Virus record (IMG/VR): IMGVR_UViG_2061766007_001638
Reading direction: 5' to 3' (one strand)
DNA length: 20,000 nt
Origin: an uncultured virus (IMG/VR IMGVR_UViG_2061766007_001638)
Lineage: Duplodnaviria > Heunggongvirae > Uroviricota > Caudoviricetes
The first letter of the stretch is position 1, and each line of letters starts with the position of its first letter. The notes beneath the pieces are model-generated. The model was not told the DNA's origin and did not search any database. It was given only the letters and a program-made list of their open reading frames with translations. Positions 9,132 through 17,789 of the stretch are shown piece by piece. A program made the translations under genes and the position numbers.

Positions 9132-9463
9132 GGGCCCGAACTAGTATCGATTGGCGGATGTTAGGATGGTGTTATGTATGCAGAAGTTGGTCAAATGGCT
9201 TCTTTAAAAATTGACCGAAATTCAAATGAGGCAGATTATGCTCTCGCTGCTTGATTGAAACATATCAGTAAGACAGCAGTCATACGCGAAAGGTCGTGTG
9301 CAAGTAACGCGTCTGGCTTAATATACAAGCACAACAATCTCGGAGTGTGGGAACGTCCGAAGATTGCCATTTCCACAAAATCATCCAGGAGTAATTGTCC
9401 TGTCTGTACTGGATGAAAACAAGACGGACATAAGCATATGACCAAGCAACGTTTAAACCCGAG
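9132..9463 (+). ncRNA. ssrA: tmRNA (3' end lost in gap)
   Basis: 5' GGGCCCGAACTAGTATCGA; pseudoknot PK1 (AGAAG/CTTCT with TTGGTCAA/TTGACCGA, ~9182-9218); tag ORF (E)ADYALAA-TGA ending at 9254; TAAGCATATGA near the 3' side. Confidence 0.88.
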
Positions 9464-9612
9464 NNNNNNNNNNNNNNNNNNNNNNNNNNNNNNNNNNNNN
9501 NNNNNNNNNNNNNNNNNNNNNNNNNNNNNNNNNNNNNNNNNNNNNNNNNNNNNNNNNNNNNNNNNNNNNNNNNNNNNNNNNNNNNNNNNNNNNNNNNNNN
9601 NNNNNNNNNNNA

Positions 9613-9954
9613 AAGTCTAAATATGAATATATGGGTTAGGTACTTGAAAAGATGAAGGGCGCTAATGAAAAAGTCATAAGAATGGTAATATCTGGACTTA
9701 AAATAGAGCCTGGAAGGGACAAATGGATACCATTACATAAATGGGAAGAAGACGTAAAGAACGGCAACGTTGGGGATGTCCCTAAGGAATAGGAAATCAA
9801 GGATTAGACTAATGCAATCTAGATACTAAAGGGTATTTACGGCTANNNNNNNNNNNNNNNNNNNNNNNNNNGTATTTCACGGATTATTGAAGCTTTCAAT
9901 AAGATACTTAACTTAATAATCAAACGACAATCAACAAACGCGGTCCGCCCTTAA
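9613..9954 (+). CDS. Hypothetical protein visible only with TAG read-through, 5' partial
   Basis: KSKYEYMG*VLEKMKGANEKVIRMVISGLKIEPGRDKWIPLHKWEEDVKNGNVGDVPKE*EIKD*TNAI*ILKGIYG; all four stops are TAG (9637, 9790, 9805, 9820). 3' end after the small gap is uncertain. Confidence 0.65.
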
Positions 9955-10010
9955 TCTGGGCGGACCTAATTTTGATGGGACTGTCTGCTTCAGACAGGCT
10001 TTTTGTTTTT
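9942..10010. terminator. Two hairpins between convergent genes; intrinsic terminator(s)
   Basis: GGTCCGCCC-TTAATCT-GGGCGGACC (9942-9966) and CTGTCTG-CTT-CAGACAG (9981-9997) followed by GCTTTTTGTTTTT. Confidence 0.7.
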
Positions 10011-10021
10011 GCTCCTAGATT

Positions 10022-10357
10022 TCAAACAGAATTGGATTTTCGTCTTTTTCTTGTTATCATCCGAGCTGGACGGACTGGCTTCACTATTGCGTCCTCGTCC
10101 TGAACGTTTGGNNNNNNNNNNNNNNNNNNNNNNNNNNNNNNNNNNNNNNNNNNNNNNNNNNNTATCGGAATTTCTTCATCTTCATGGATTTCAGGAGCAA
10201 TGTATGTGAACATAAGAGCATCATCCACAATTCTGTCCAGCATTTCCACTATGACCTGGCGATTTTGCTCCGACATATGATAGAAGTCAATCCTGTTCGC
10301 GAACTTCGCAACATCTCTGAGAACTTCAACTTTTTCCTGGTTTGTCTAGGAGAACAT
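10022..10357 (-). CDS. Hypothetical protein with one in-frame TAG
   Basis: MFS*TNQEKVEVLRDVAKFANRIDFYHMSEQNRQVIVEMLDRIVDD...; TAG at 10346-10348; basic C-terminal tail; spans a gap. Confidence 0.6.
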
Positions 10358-10424
10358 GGAATNNNNNNNNNNNNNNNNNNNNNNNNNNNNNNNNNNNNNN
10401 NNNNNNNNNNNNNNNNNNNNNNNN

Positions 10425-11998
10425 CTTTCAATTAGAGTGTCTGGACATACGACCCTGAAATGCCCCTCTTTTTCTCCAGCGTGCATGAACGCGCTGAGAT
10501 TCCTATCGTTGTATGATATCTGCCCAGTTGTGTTGTAAAGGTCTGGGTCTGCGAACTGCGGGACAGTCTATAAATCCTGTCCAAGGTTCAGTACCTTCAA
10601 GGATGGACATCCTCCCCCTCCGTGAAACGCAAATCCGAATATGACGGAAATATTATTGCATTCCACATATTCCAGGTTTGAACAATTGCCGAACGCATGT
10701 GACGGTATGGTGGTGCATTTCGGGAGAAAGGCCGTTCTGAGGTTTGCCATGTTCCTGAAAGTTCCAGCATTGGAATAATCGTCCTCTTTCATCTCCTTCA
10801 ATTCTGTCAGTTCTGGAAGGTACAGGTATTTGAGACCAGCCCCCTGGTCAGCTGTCTGGCTTCCGAACGCAAGTCCGTCCATTGTCTTTACGTTTTCGAG
10901 GTTGGCCGAAGAAAGTCTAAGATTTCGATAGAAAGTGTATTTCTCTATTGAGGACAGGTTTCTGGTGTCAATGTGTCTTAGGTTGTAGCACTGGTTAAAT
11001 CCGTATGCTCCGATGGAAGACAGATTTGGATTGGTTATACACCTAAGCTAATTGCAGTTTTGGAACTTTCTGGTTCCTATTGAATCTGCGTTCTGTAGAA
11101 CGACTTCTCCCCATACGTTTGAAAGGTTTATCTGGGAAGCGTCTGATGACAGGACTATAGGGAGAGTTACTCCTTGTACCGAGGCATATCCAAATCCAGT
11201 GAGGGACTGTACGCTAAGTTCCTTTAAGCTGTTTACATTGTACAAACCGTAATCATCTATGTGTTTTGCGTTTCTTGCGTCAAGTTTCTAAATTCCATTG
11301 TCTCCCGTCTGTTCGTATTGTCCTTCTGTTGTCACGAAAGCAGTCGGAATCGATGACAATTGAGGAACGTATACTCTTCTTATGTTTTCATTAGCATAAA
11401 GGCTGTATTGTCCAGCGGTTTTTAGTTTTGGGAGCGACGCGTCGTGGATGTCGCAATATAAAAATGCAAATTCTCCTATGCTCTCAACTTCTGGAAAATA
11501 AATTTCTCTCAAGTTACTGCAATTATCAAACCCGCCTACATCTATTTCCTTGATTTTCGGTCCGACCACCAATGTCTGATTGTCAGACCTATATCCAGCA
11601 CAATAAAAAGAATATTCTCCTATATGCGTAACGTTTGGCATGAAGATTGTCTCTACCGTTTCTATGTAGGAGTTCCATTCTTCTGGGTCGCAGAATGCAT
11701 AGTCCGCGACGCTCAGGACGTTCTGTCCGCAGTAAATCCCAACTACGTCCGACAGCGCATGCTATCCGTCCTACGACATTATACTTTCCCTTGTCAGTAT
11801 TCCGTCTGGAACCTCGAACATCTGCTTTGTTCCGTCTGAAAAAACGACTACCGTGCACGAAACGAGCTGGTTTATGTCGTCGTTGAGCCTATGTTCTCCG
11901 AACGTCTTCGGGCTGTTGGCAGCATACGTATAAGATGAAAGGTTAAGCCCAGCTATATTGCTCTGTATCCAGACAAGCCTGTTTTCTTCGATATTCAT
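10425..11998 (-). CDS. BspA-family (LRR_5 / TpLRR) leucine-rich repeat protein, TAG-recoded, 3' end in gap
   Basis: One frame of ~525 codons interrupted only by 5 TAGs (11771, 11762, 11288, 11048, 10568). LRR_5 repeats (FDNCSNLREIYFPEVESIGEFAF; FQNCN*LRCITNPNLSSIGAYGFNQCYNL; AFGNCSNLEYV) run across the TAGs. Confidence 0.9.
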
Positions 11999-12003
11999 GC
12001 CAT

Positions 12004-12010
12004 TATTTAC
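12004..12010 (-). promoter_or_regulatory. GTAAATA candidate late promoter for the LRR gene
   Basis: Minus strand reads GGTAAATAATGGCATG; motif recurs upstream of other recoded genes. Confidence 0.55.
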
Positions 12011-12030
12011 CTTTCCGTATTTAGGAATGC

Positions 12031-12047
12031 GTATAATATTCAACATG
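12031..12047 (+). promoter_or_regulatory. -10 box with ATG 7 nt downstream (leaderless-type start)
   Basis: GTATAATATTCAACATG, identical to 14348-14364. Confidence 0.6.
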
Positions 12048-12431
12048 AGCAGAGTAAGAAATTTCAACACGCTTGGAAAGAGCGGAATTCCGCGTCCTCC
12101 CTCAAAGGCGGACATCGAGGCGGTCAACAGGAAAAGGGCAGAGGAGGAAAAGAANNNNNNNNNNNNNNNNNNNNNNNNNNNNNNNNNNAAGGCGGCTTCT
12201 TTCATCTACACCCTCGGGGCGTTGGCCGAAAGCTACGACGGAAACCTGAAGGCGCTCGTGTGGGACTTCTACGTCGACCTCATGGAATGCATGAAACGCG
12301 GTTCTGGCCANNNNNNNNNNNNNNNNNNNNNNNCTCTCACTCACCTGAAAGAGTATCTCGCAACGTGCGGGAATCCTCTGTTCGCTGAGCCGCAGAAAGA
12401 AGAAAAAGATTCCGATTCCGAGGGTAAATAA
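12045..12431 (+). CDS. Hypothetical protein
   Basis: MSRVRNFNTLGKSGIPRPP...DSDSEGK*; spans two gaps; no TAG seen. Confidence 0.65.
   Translation: MSRVRNFNTLGKSGIPRPPSKADIEAVNRKRAEEEKXXXXXXXXXXXXKAASFIYTLGALAESYDGNLKALVWDFYVDLMECMKRGSGXXXXXXXXXLTHLKEYLATCGNPLFAEPQKEEKDSDSEGK
12424..12430 (+). promoter_or_regulatory. GTAAATA candidate late promoter for the kinase-like gene
   Basis: GGTAAATAACGTTTATCTATG; 10 nt before ATG 12441. Confidence 0.55.
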
Positions 12432-12440
12432 CGTTTATCT

Positions 12441-13357
12441 ATGGAAAACGACAAAACTGCCAATGTAAAGTTCATGACCAGGGAACAGCTCCTTGAACTG
12501 GCAAAGAACTATGAACCGATATCAGTTCAGGAAGAAGGAGGTTCTGGGAGCATTCTCAGACAGTTCTGCATAGGCGCATACTCGTCAATGAAGGGTTTTA
12601 AGAGGACGAGGACCAACACAAGCGAATCCGCCAAGGCCGCAAGCGCAGTCAGGAATTACGTAAGGAAAACCCCAGAGTTCCAGAAAGTTATGAGATTCGT
12701 CGGAATGGGTTCATCGAGAATTNNNNNNNNNNNNNNNGCATTGAAGTTTGCGTACAACCAGGCTGGGATAGCTCAGAACAAGAAGGAGATATTCCTTGTT
12801 CAGCAGAAGGGAGAAAATAGCCTTCCTTGCTTCCCGAAAGTCTATGACCACACTGACGACTGGAGAGGAATGCTCGTCGAATGTTGCTCCCCCATAAGCG
12901 AGGAAGACTTTCGCGTGTACAGACCACTCGGGGATTTTTAGAACCTAACGATGGCGATATAGTGCATAGTCGACGAGAAAAAGCTGTTTTTCAGGGGGAA
13001 CACGCTTGGCCTTGCAAAAAACGTGACATATTCCACAATAGGGAAATACCTCAGCGAATACATAGAGGGGACGGACAAATACACCACAATATACGGAAAT
13101 TTCGTAGACAGCCTGCTCAATTCCGAAAAACGCCAGTGGAACAGTTTGAGGTCACTTATTTAGATACTCTTCAAGTTCTCGGACGACAGCGTGATGGCAG
13201 ACTTGATGAACATGGAGAATTGGGGCCTTGCCATCGACAGGGAAAGCGGAGAGGTGACTCCAGTCGTGGTGGACATGGGCTTCGACNNNNNNNNNNNNNN
13301 NNNNNNNNNNNNNNNNNNNNNNNNNNNNNNNNNNNNNNNNNNCGTGGTTCACTGTAA
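12441..13357 (+). CDS. Protein-kinase-like fold protein, TAG-recoded
   Basis: Gly loop VGMGSSR, beta3 ALK, alphaC AQNKKE, PKVYD, catalytic-loop-like DLMNMENWG and DFG-like VVVDMGFD. The stretch from ALK to DMGFD is one frame interrupted only by TAG at 12939, 12960 and 13161. End lies in or just after the gap (TAA 13355-13357 assumed). Confidence 0.75.
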
Positions 13358-13360
13358 ATA
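13354..13360 (+). promoter_or_regulatory. GTAAATA candidate late promoter
   Basis: 24 nt upstream of ATG 13385. Confidence 0.5.
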
Positions 13361-13384
13361 TTCTAAAGACAGGATATTTCAAAA

Positions 13385-13858
13385 ATGGCTATCAAGGACA
13401 AAATAATGGTCTAGAGGGACATACACCTCGAGAGGATTAACAAGTCAAAAAGCCTTTCCAACGAGGAAAAGGTCTCTCTGACTGGACTTGTCGTGGACGC
13501 GGCTGAAGGCACCAACGGACTTACCGAGCACGACAAGATACAGAACGTGTCCGAGACAACGTTTCTCCTTGCTACGGCGATGGTGAACCTGACGGAACAG
13601 CTGAACGAAAACAACGTCCTCACGGCCAAAGTAGCGGACAAGATAGACGCGCTAGAACTCCAGAGAAAGGACAGCCAGAAAAAATACGAGGACCTCGTCG
13701 AGCAAGTCCGAAACAAAAGGGACATAAAGAACCTAGACTGGAAAGACACGATGAAGCTAGTTCTGGTAAAGCCGTGGTTCTGGATATTCCTCGCCGTCAC
13801 GACTTTTTCTCCGAAGGGGTTCGAGATAATACAGCTTATCCTCGATAAGGCGAAATGA
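13385..13858 (+). CDS. Coiled-coil protein with C-terminal hydrophobic segment (possible holin-like/lysis membrane protein), TAG-recoded
   Basis: AGGA RBS; MAIKDKIMV*RDIHLERINKSK...; TAG at 13412; coiled coil followed by LVLVKPWFWIFLAVTTF. Function is inferred from architecture only. Confidence 0.65.
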
Positions 13859-13888
13859 TTATTGTATTAAAATAATCGAAAACTATCA

Positions 13889-14231
13889 TTACTTTGTTTT
13901 TTTCCTTTTTCCAAGGCACAAAGACGTAAGCTATCCAAGTATGTTGTCCTAANNNNNNNNNNNNNNNNNNNNNNNNNNNNNNNNNNNNNNNNNNNNNNNN
14001 NNNNNNNNNNNNNNNNNNNNNNNNNNNNNNNNNNNNNNNNNNNGAGTCTGGGACGTATACTAGCCACGTCATGTTTCCTATTTCGACGGTGAGGCCAGAA
14101 AACTCCTCGTCGATGTTCTCTATTTCATAGCCGTACTGTCTTTTCAGGTATCCCTGAAGACGTTTTCTGTCAACGTCACGAACAAAGATTACCGTCGCGT
14201 CGAACGTTGGAATTCGGATTCTGTTCGTCAT
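13889..14231 (-). CDS. Hypothetical phage protein, probably TAG-recoded
   Basis: GGAGG RBS, MTNRIRIPTFDATVIFV...LVYVPD, then gap, then probable tail *DNILG*LTSLCLGKRKKTK-TAA (TAG 13949, 13931). Frame across the gap is uncertain. Confidence 0.6.
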
Positions 14232-14312
14232 GTTCAACCTCCAATTCGGGTCATGTTCAGGACATGACCAGTATATCCGTAATCGTTCATTCGCGTAATC
14301 TCTTATTTGGAA

Positions 14313-14319
14313 TATTTAC
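14313..14319 (-). promoter_or_regulatory. GTAAATA candidate late promoter
   Basis: TATTTAC on the + strand, in the divergent intergenic region upstream of the 14231 gene. Confidence 0.5.
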
Positions 14320-14347
14320 TCCATGATTGGAGATTCCTTAGGACCAG

Positions 14348-14364
14348 GTATAATATTCAACATG
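14348..14364 (+). promoter_or_regulatory. -10 box with ATG 7 nt downstream (leaderless-type start)
   Basis: GTATAATATTCAACATG; TTGGAG 16 nt upstream of TATAAT as a possible -35. Confidence 0.6.
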
Positions 14365-14969
14365 GAAAACCAGATTAACATGATGCAGGTAATCTCACTG
14401 TCTGTGGCTGGGGTGCTTCTGTTTGCAACCCTTGCGTGGCTATACATAAAGCGTCAATACAGGCTGTTTTGTATGAGAGAGGACCAGAAAGACAAGATAA
14501 ACGTCTTGAGAAAGCAGATAGAATCTGCAAGGGATTACGTCAGAAAGACCTACAACACCCCCTTCGATACGTCAATCCAGGACAACATAATCCCTAAAAT
14601 GGAGTTCATAGAGAAACTTATATTGAAAAAAGACCCGTCAGACCAGGAAAAGGAGCTCAAGTTCCTCCTCGACATGCTTACAGAAACTTTCATAAGACTC
14701 AGGGAGAATTTCAACGACGTAGGTTCGATAGTTGCCCCCCTGAACAGCCTAAGGGACAGGCTCGTCCAGGAGCACATCCAGTTCATCAAGGACCACATGC
14801 CAGAGGAATNNNNNNNNNNNNNNNNNNNNNNNNNNNNNNNNNNNNNNNNNNNNNNNNNNNNNNNNNNNNGGTGCCTGAAAAGAATCCTGTCGGCCTCCCG
14901 TTCAAGCATGTCCCTGTAGTTCTGAAGTCCCTCGTCCGTGAGCTCATGAAGGTTCTGGAACGTCTTTGA
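14362..14969 (+). CDS. Membrane-anchored coiled-coil protein
   Basis: N-terminal TM VISLSVAGVLLFATLAWLYI. After the gap the more natural frame is VPEKNPVGLPFKHVPVVLKSLVRELMKVLERL-TGA. Confidence 0.7.
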
Positions 14970-14979
14970 GTCGTATACC

Positions 14980-15382
14980 ATGGTTTTATTTACGGTAATG
15001 AGCGCAATAATTATCCCGTTGGTTCTGTTGATAGTCATGAATATTTTGAGGTTTGGCAGNNNNNNNNNNNNNNNNNNNNNNNNNNNNNNNNNNNNNNNNN
15101 NNNNNNNNNNNNNNNNNNNNNNACAACCTTGGGGTGAAGTTTTCAATAGAGGACGACGAGCCGTGGTTCAATAGGATGGTTATTGAGAAAGACGGAAAAA
15201 CAGTGGATAAGTTCCATGTAAACATGGTCCATAGGACAATTGACGAGTTCGAGGACAAGATATGGAAGATTTCAAAGTACGGGATGCCAAGCATAGGATG
15301 TCCTCCTTTTTCAAGCATCAAGGAACTTGAAATGAAACTTGATATAATGGGAGTATCGCAAGATGGCCGACGACATGTTTGA
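14980..15382 (+). CDS. Membrane-anchored protein with the shared C-terminal motif
   Basis: MVLFTVMSAIIIPLVLLIV...gap...CPPFSSIKELEMKLDIMGVSQDGRRHV*; joined across the gap by inference. Confidence 0.6.
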
Positions 15383-15860
15383 CAAGATGATAATATTCTC
15401 CCGTGACTCGAGAGAGAAGAGACCAGAGATAAAATACTCGGACGTACTTGACGTCATATTCAATTCTTTTGGAATGGAGTTCGTAAGGAACAGAGAACGC
15501 GAACCAAATACGAACATGTTCACGTTCGACAGTTTCGTAAGGTGGAATGGAAGAAAAGTCTGGACAAGGATTAGCTACGAAGGCATGCCCAGCAGATTTA
15601 AAATGTATCAACTTTTTACAAACCAATGCGTGATGCAATCGGAAGAAGCTGCAGCCGAATGGATGGCGTTCAGGANNNNNNNNNNNNNNAGCGACAGATG
15701 CCTTTACATACTTAAAGGGGAAATGGAATCTCATTACGGATGGAAAGTCGGGGGAAAAAATTTGGATGAATTCGTGGAAGAACGGTTCCAGATACCTTCG
15801 TGGTCTTCGATAAATGAGCTTAAGATGAAACTAGAGCTGAGCGGATTCATGACGGATTGA
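15363..15860 (+). CDS. Hypothetical protein with the shared C-terminal motif
   Basis: Ends FQIPSWSSINELKMKLELSGFMTD*. Confidence 0.7.
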   Translation: MADDMFDKMIIFSRDSREKRPEIKYSDVLDVIFNSFGMEFVRNREREPNTNMFTFDSFVRWNGRKVWTRISYEGMPSRFKMYQLFTNQCVMQSEEAAAEWMAFRXXXXXSDRCLYILKGEMESHYGWKVGGKNLDEFVEERFQIPSWSSINELKMKLELSGFMTD

Positions 15861-15862
15861 AT

Positions 15863-15890
15863 TTGACTTCACCGAATCTTTCTGTATAAT
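15863..15890 (+). promoter_or_regulatory. sigma70-type promoter
   Basis: TTGACT, 16 nt spacer, TATAAT, intergenic. Confidence 0.7.
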
Positions 15891-15932
15891 ATGAACCTGA
15901 TTACTGGAAAGTTTCAGTCAATTCCAACAACT

Positions 15933-16562
15933 ATGATTTTCATAATTCTATTCTCAGTCGCAACTCTCTACATCTTGATGACCATTATCACGCTTGGTCT
16001 GTGGTGGTACTGTTTCGGGGAGAGACATCCGAAGATGGACATGGTCGACTCTTTCGACGAGATGCTTGATTCCATAAAGTTCTACGAGTCTAAATGGCAG
16101 GGAATATGCGGGTGGGGGTGGCCGATTTTCATATTGCCACTCATGGTGGTTGGAATCGTAAGGGCTTTTGGATGGAGGCTCNNNNNNNNNNNNNNNNNNN
16201 NNNNNNNNNNNTTTTCGGGGGAGATGGTTGAAATCTTCCGAATATTGAAGAAATTCCTGGATTTTGTGCCAAACGTCAAAATCGGGAAGTTCTGCGGGCT
16301 CTATCTCTCGTTCAGGTTCAGAAACAGGAAAAAGGACACCGTGTTCTTTGAAAACATTATGGCCGCTACCATGTTCGCGGAAGACGTCAAGACCCTTGAA
16401 AAAATGGTGTTCAAAACTCTTGGGAACGGGAACTCGAACCCATTCATCTTTGACGAAGACCTCGGAATGAACATGAGGTGGAACATCCCATCGTTTTCAA
16501 CGGCTGAGGAATTGAGGATGAAACTGGAACTTGCAGGATACGGGACTCGGAATAATAGATAA
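15933..16562 (+). CDS. Two-TM membrane protein with the shared C-terminal motif
   Basis: MIFIILFSVATLYILMTIITLGLWW...WGWPIFILPLMVVGIV...WNIPSFSTAEELRMKLELAGYGTRNNR*; spans a gap. Confidence 0.65.
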   Translation: MIFIILFSVATLYILMTIITLGLWWYCFGERHPKMDMVDSFDEMLDSIKFYESKWQGICGWGWPIFILPLMVVGIVRAFGWRLXXXXXXXXXXFSGEMVEIFRILKKFLDFVPNVKIGKFCGLYLSFRFRNRKKDTVFFENIMAATMFAEDVKTLEKMVFKTLGNGNSNPFIFDEDLGMNMRWNIPSFSTAEELRMKLELAGYGTRNNR

Positions 16563-16576
16563 TACTTTGAATTGCC

Positions 16577-17040
16577 ATGTATGCGACAACGGAAAGAGAC
16601 GAATTCCAGTATAGACTAAGGAAACTCGTTGAAGAGAGATTCCCTAAGGTTCAGGTCAGCATGATTCTCGCGCTTATGGACGACCTTCATGGAAGAGACT
16701 GGTTTCCTTCGTTCGAGGAAACCGCTATGTTCCTCGGACATTCCTTCTCGGATTCGTTCGAGATTATAGACACAAACAAGAACGGACTTTTCTTGAGGCT
16801 CTCCCTGATGGACTCTTCTGACGCGGATTTAATGGCAGAGGNNNNNNNNNNNNNNNNNNNNNNNNNNNNNNNNNNNTCGGGAAGGTGAAAACCCTTGACT
16901 GGTTGACGAAAAAACTTCCAGAAATATTCAAAGAGACCAACATGGAAAAAGTTTTCTTTGAGTTGTGCCACGGATTTGGAAAGTGGGTTTACTGGGAGAG
17001 ACGTCTCGTGTTCTGGAAAATCGGGAAAATGCTTCCATGA
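16577..17040 (+). CDS. Hypothetical protein
   Basis: MYATTERDEF...gap...GKVKTLDWLTKKLPEIF...WKIGKMLP-TGA; frame rejoined across the gap. Confidence 0.6.
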
Positions 17041-17415
17041 GCGGGAACCAGGACATAAGGGACTTCGAGCNNNNNNNNNNNNNNNNNNNNNNNNNGTTTT
17101 CAGGCACAAGATGAATTATGCAGAAGATTCGGACCAGACGGAGGTCTCATCATGGACTACGCATGCGGAGTCGTTTCTTTCAGAAAATACATGATGACTT
17201 GCGAGATTTCTGGAATAGACGACTATGACGTCGGACTGCTAAACGCAATATACGAATACCTGTCTGAATATGCGGAGAAAATACAGAGGGCAAAGGAACT
17301 TGGCCTATACACCCGTCCAGACACGGAATGCCTTCTCAAGAAATTCAAGACAAGGCTTTTCCAACTAAAGTACGAGATTTCAAAATTGAACTTGATGGGA
17401 GTGGACAACCTGTGA
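17037..17415 (+). CDS. Hypothetical protein
   Basis: ATGA overlap; MSGNQDIRDFE...gap...FQAQDELCRRFGPDGGLIMDY...EISKLNLMGVDNL*. Confidence 0.6.
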
Positions 17416-17775
17416 AAGAGAAGATAATACATAGACTTAGATACCCGNNNNNNNNNNNNNNNNNNNNNNNNNNNNNNNTCAATTCCTGGGTGTAGAACGC
17501 TGTATTCTTGCGACGGACACGGAAAGGAGGCTTTCTACATAACGATGGGCATTTGCTCCAGCAAGGTGTACAAGAAAATCGTGGGGGCTTTTAAGGAAAA
17601 TACACCAGAGCTTGAAATTGACGAGGGACCTGGGCCAGACGGACTACTGGATTACGAGTTAAATCTTGGGGTGTATTCGTGGTTCGTCGGCAGTTTGCCG
17701 TACTGGAAAAGGAAAAGGTTCATTGAAAGGATGACGAAAGCCCTGACCGAGCTCGTCCCCTATAACCTCTGGTGA
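17412..17775 (+). CDS. Hypothetical protein with IPGxxTxxSCxGH motif (weakly TYW3-like)
   Basis: GTGA overlap; MKEKIIHRLRYP...gap...SIPGCRTLYSCDGHGKEAFYITM... Confidence 0.55.
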
Positions 17776-17789
17776 GTATAATAATTATC

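Noticed and set aside
10425..13357. Pseudogenes (fragmented LRR and kinase ORFs)
   Set aside because: Decay would give TAA/TGA stops and frameshifts as well; every interruption is an in-frame TAG.
14870..14919. TAG as the stop of ORF 14323-14919
   Set aside because: It lies after a gap of estimated length; another frame gives a natural C-terminus ending in TGA at 14969, next to the following gene.
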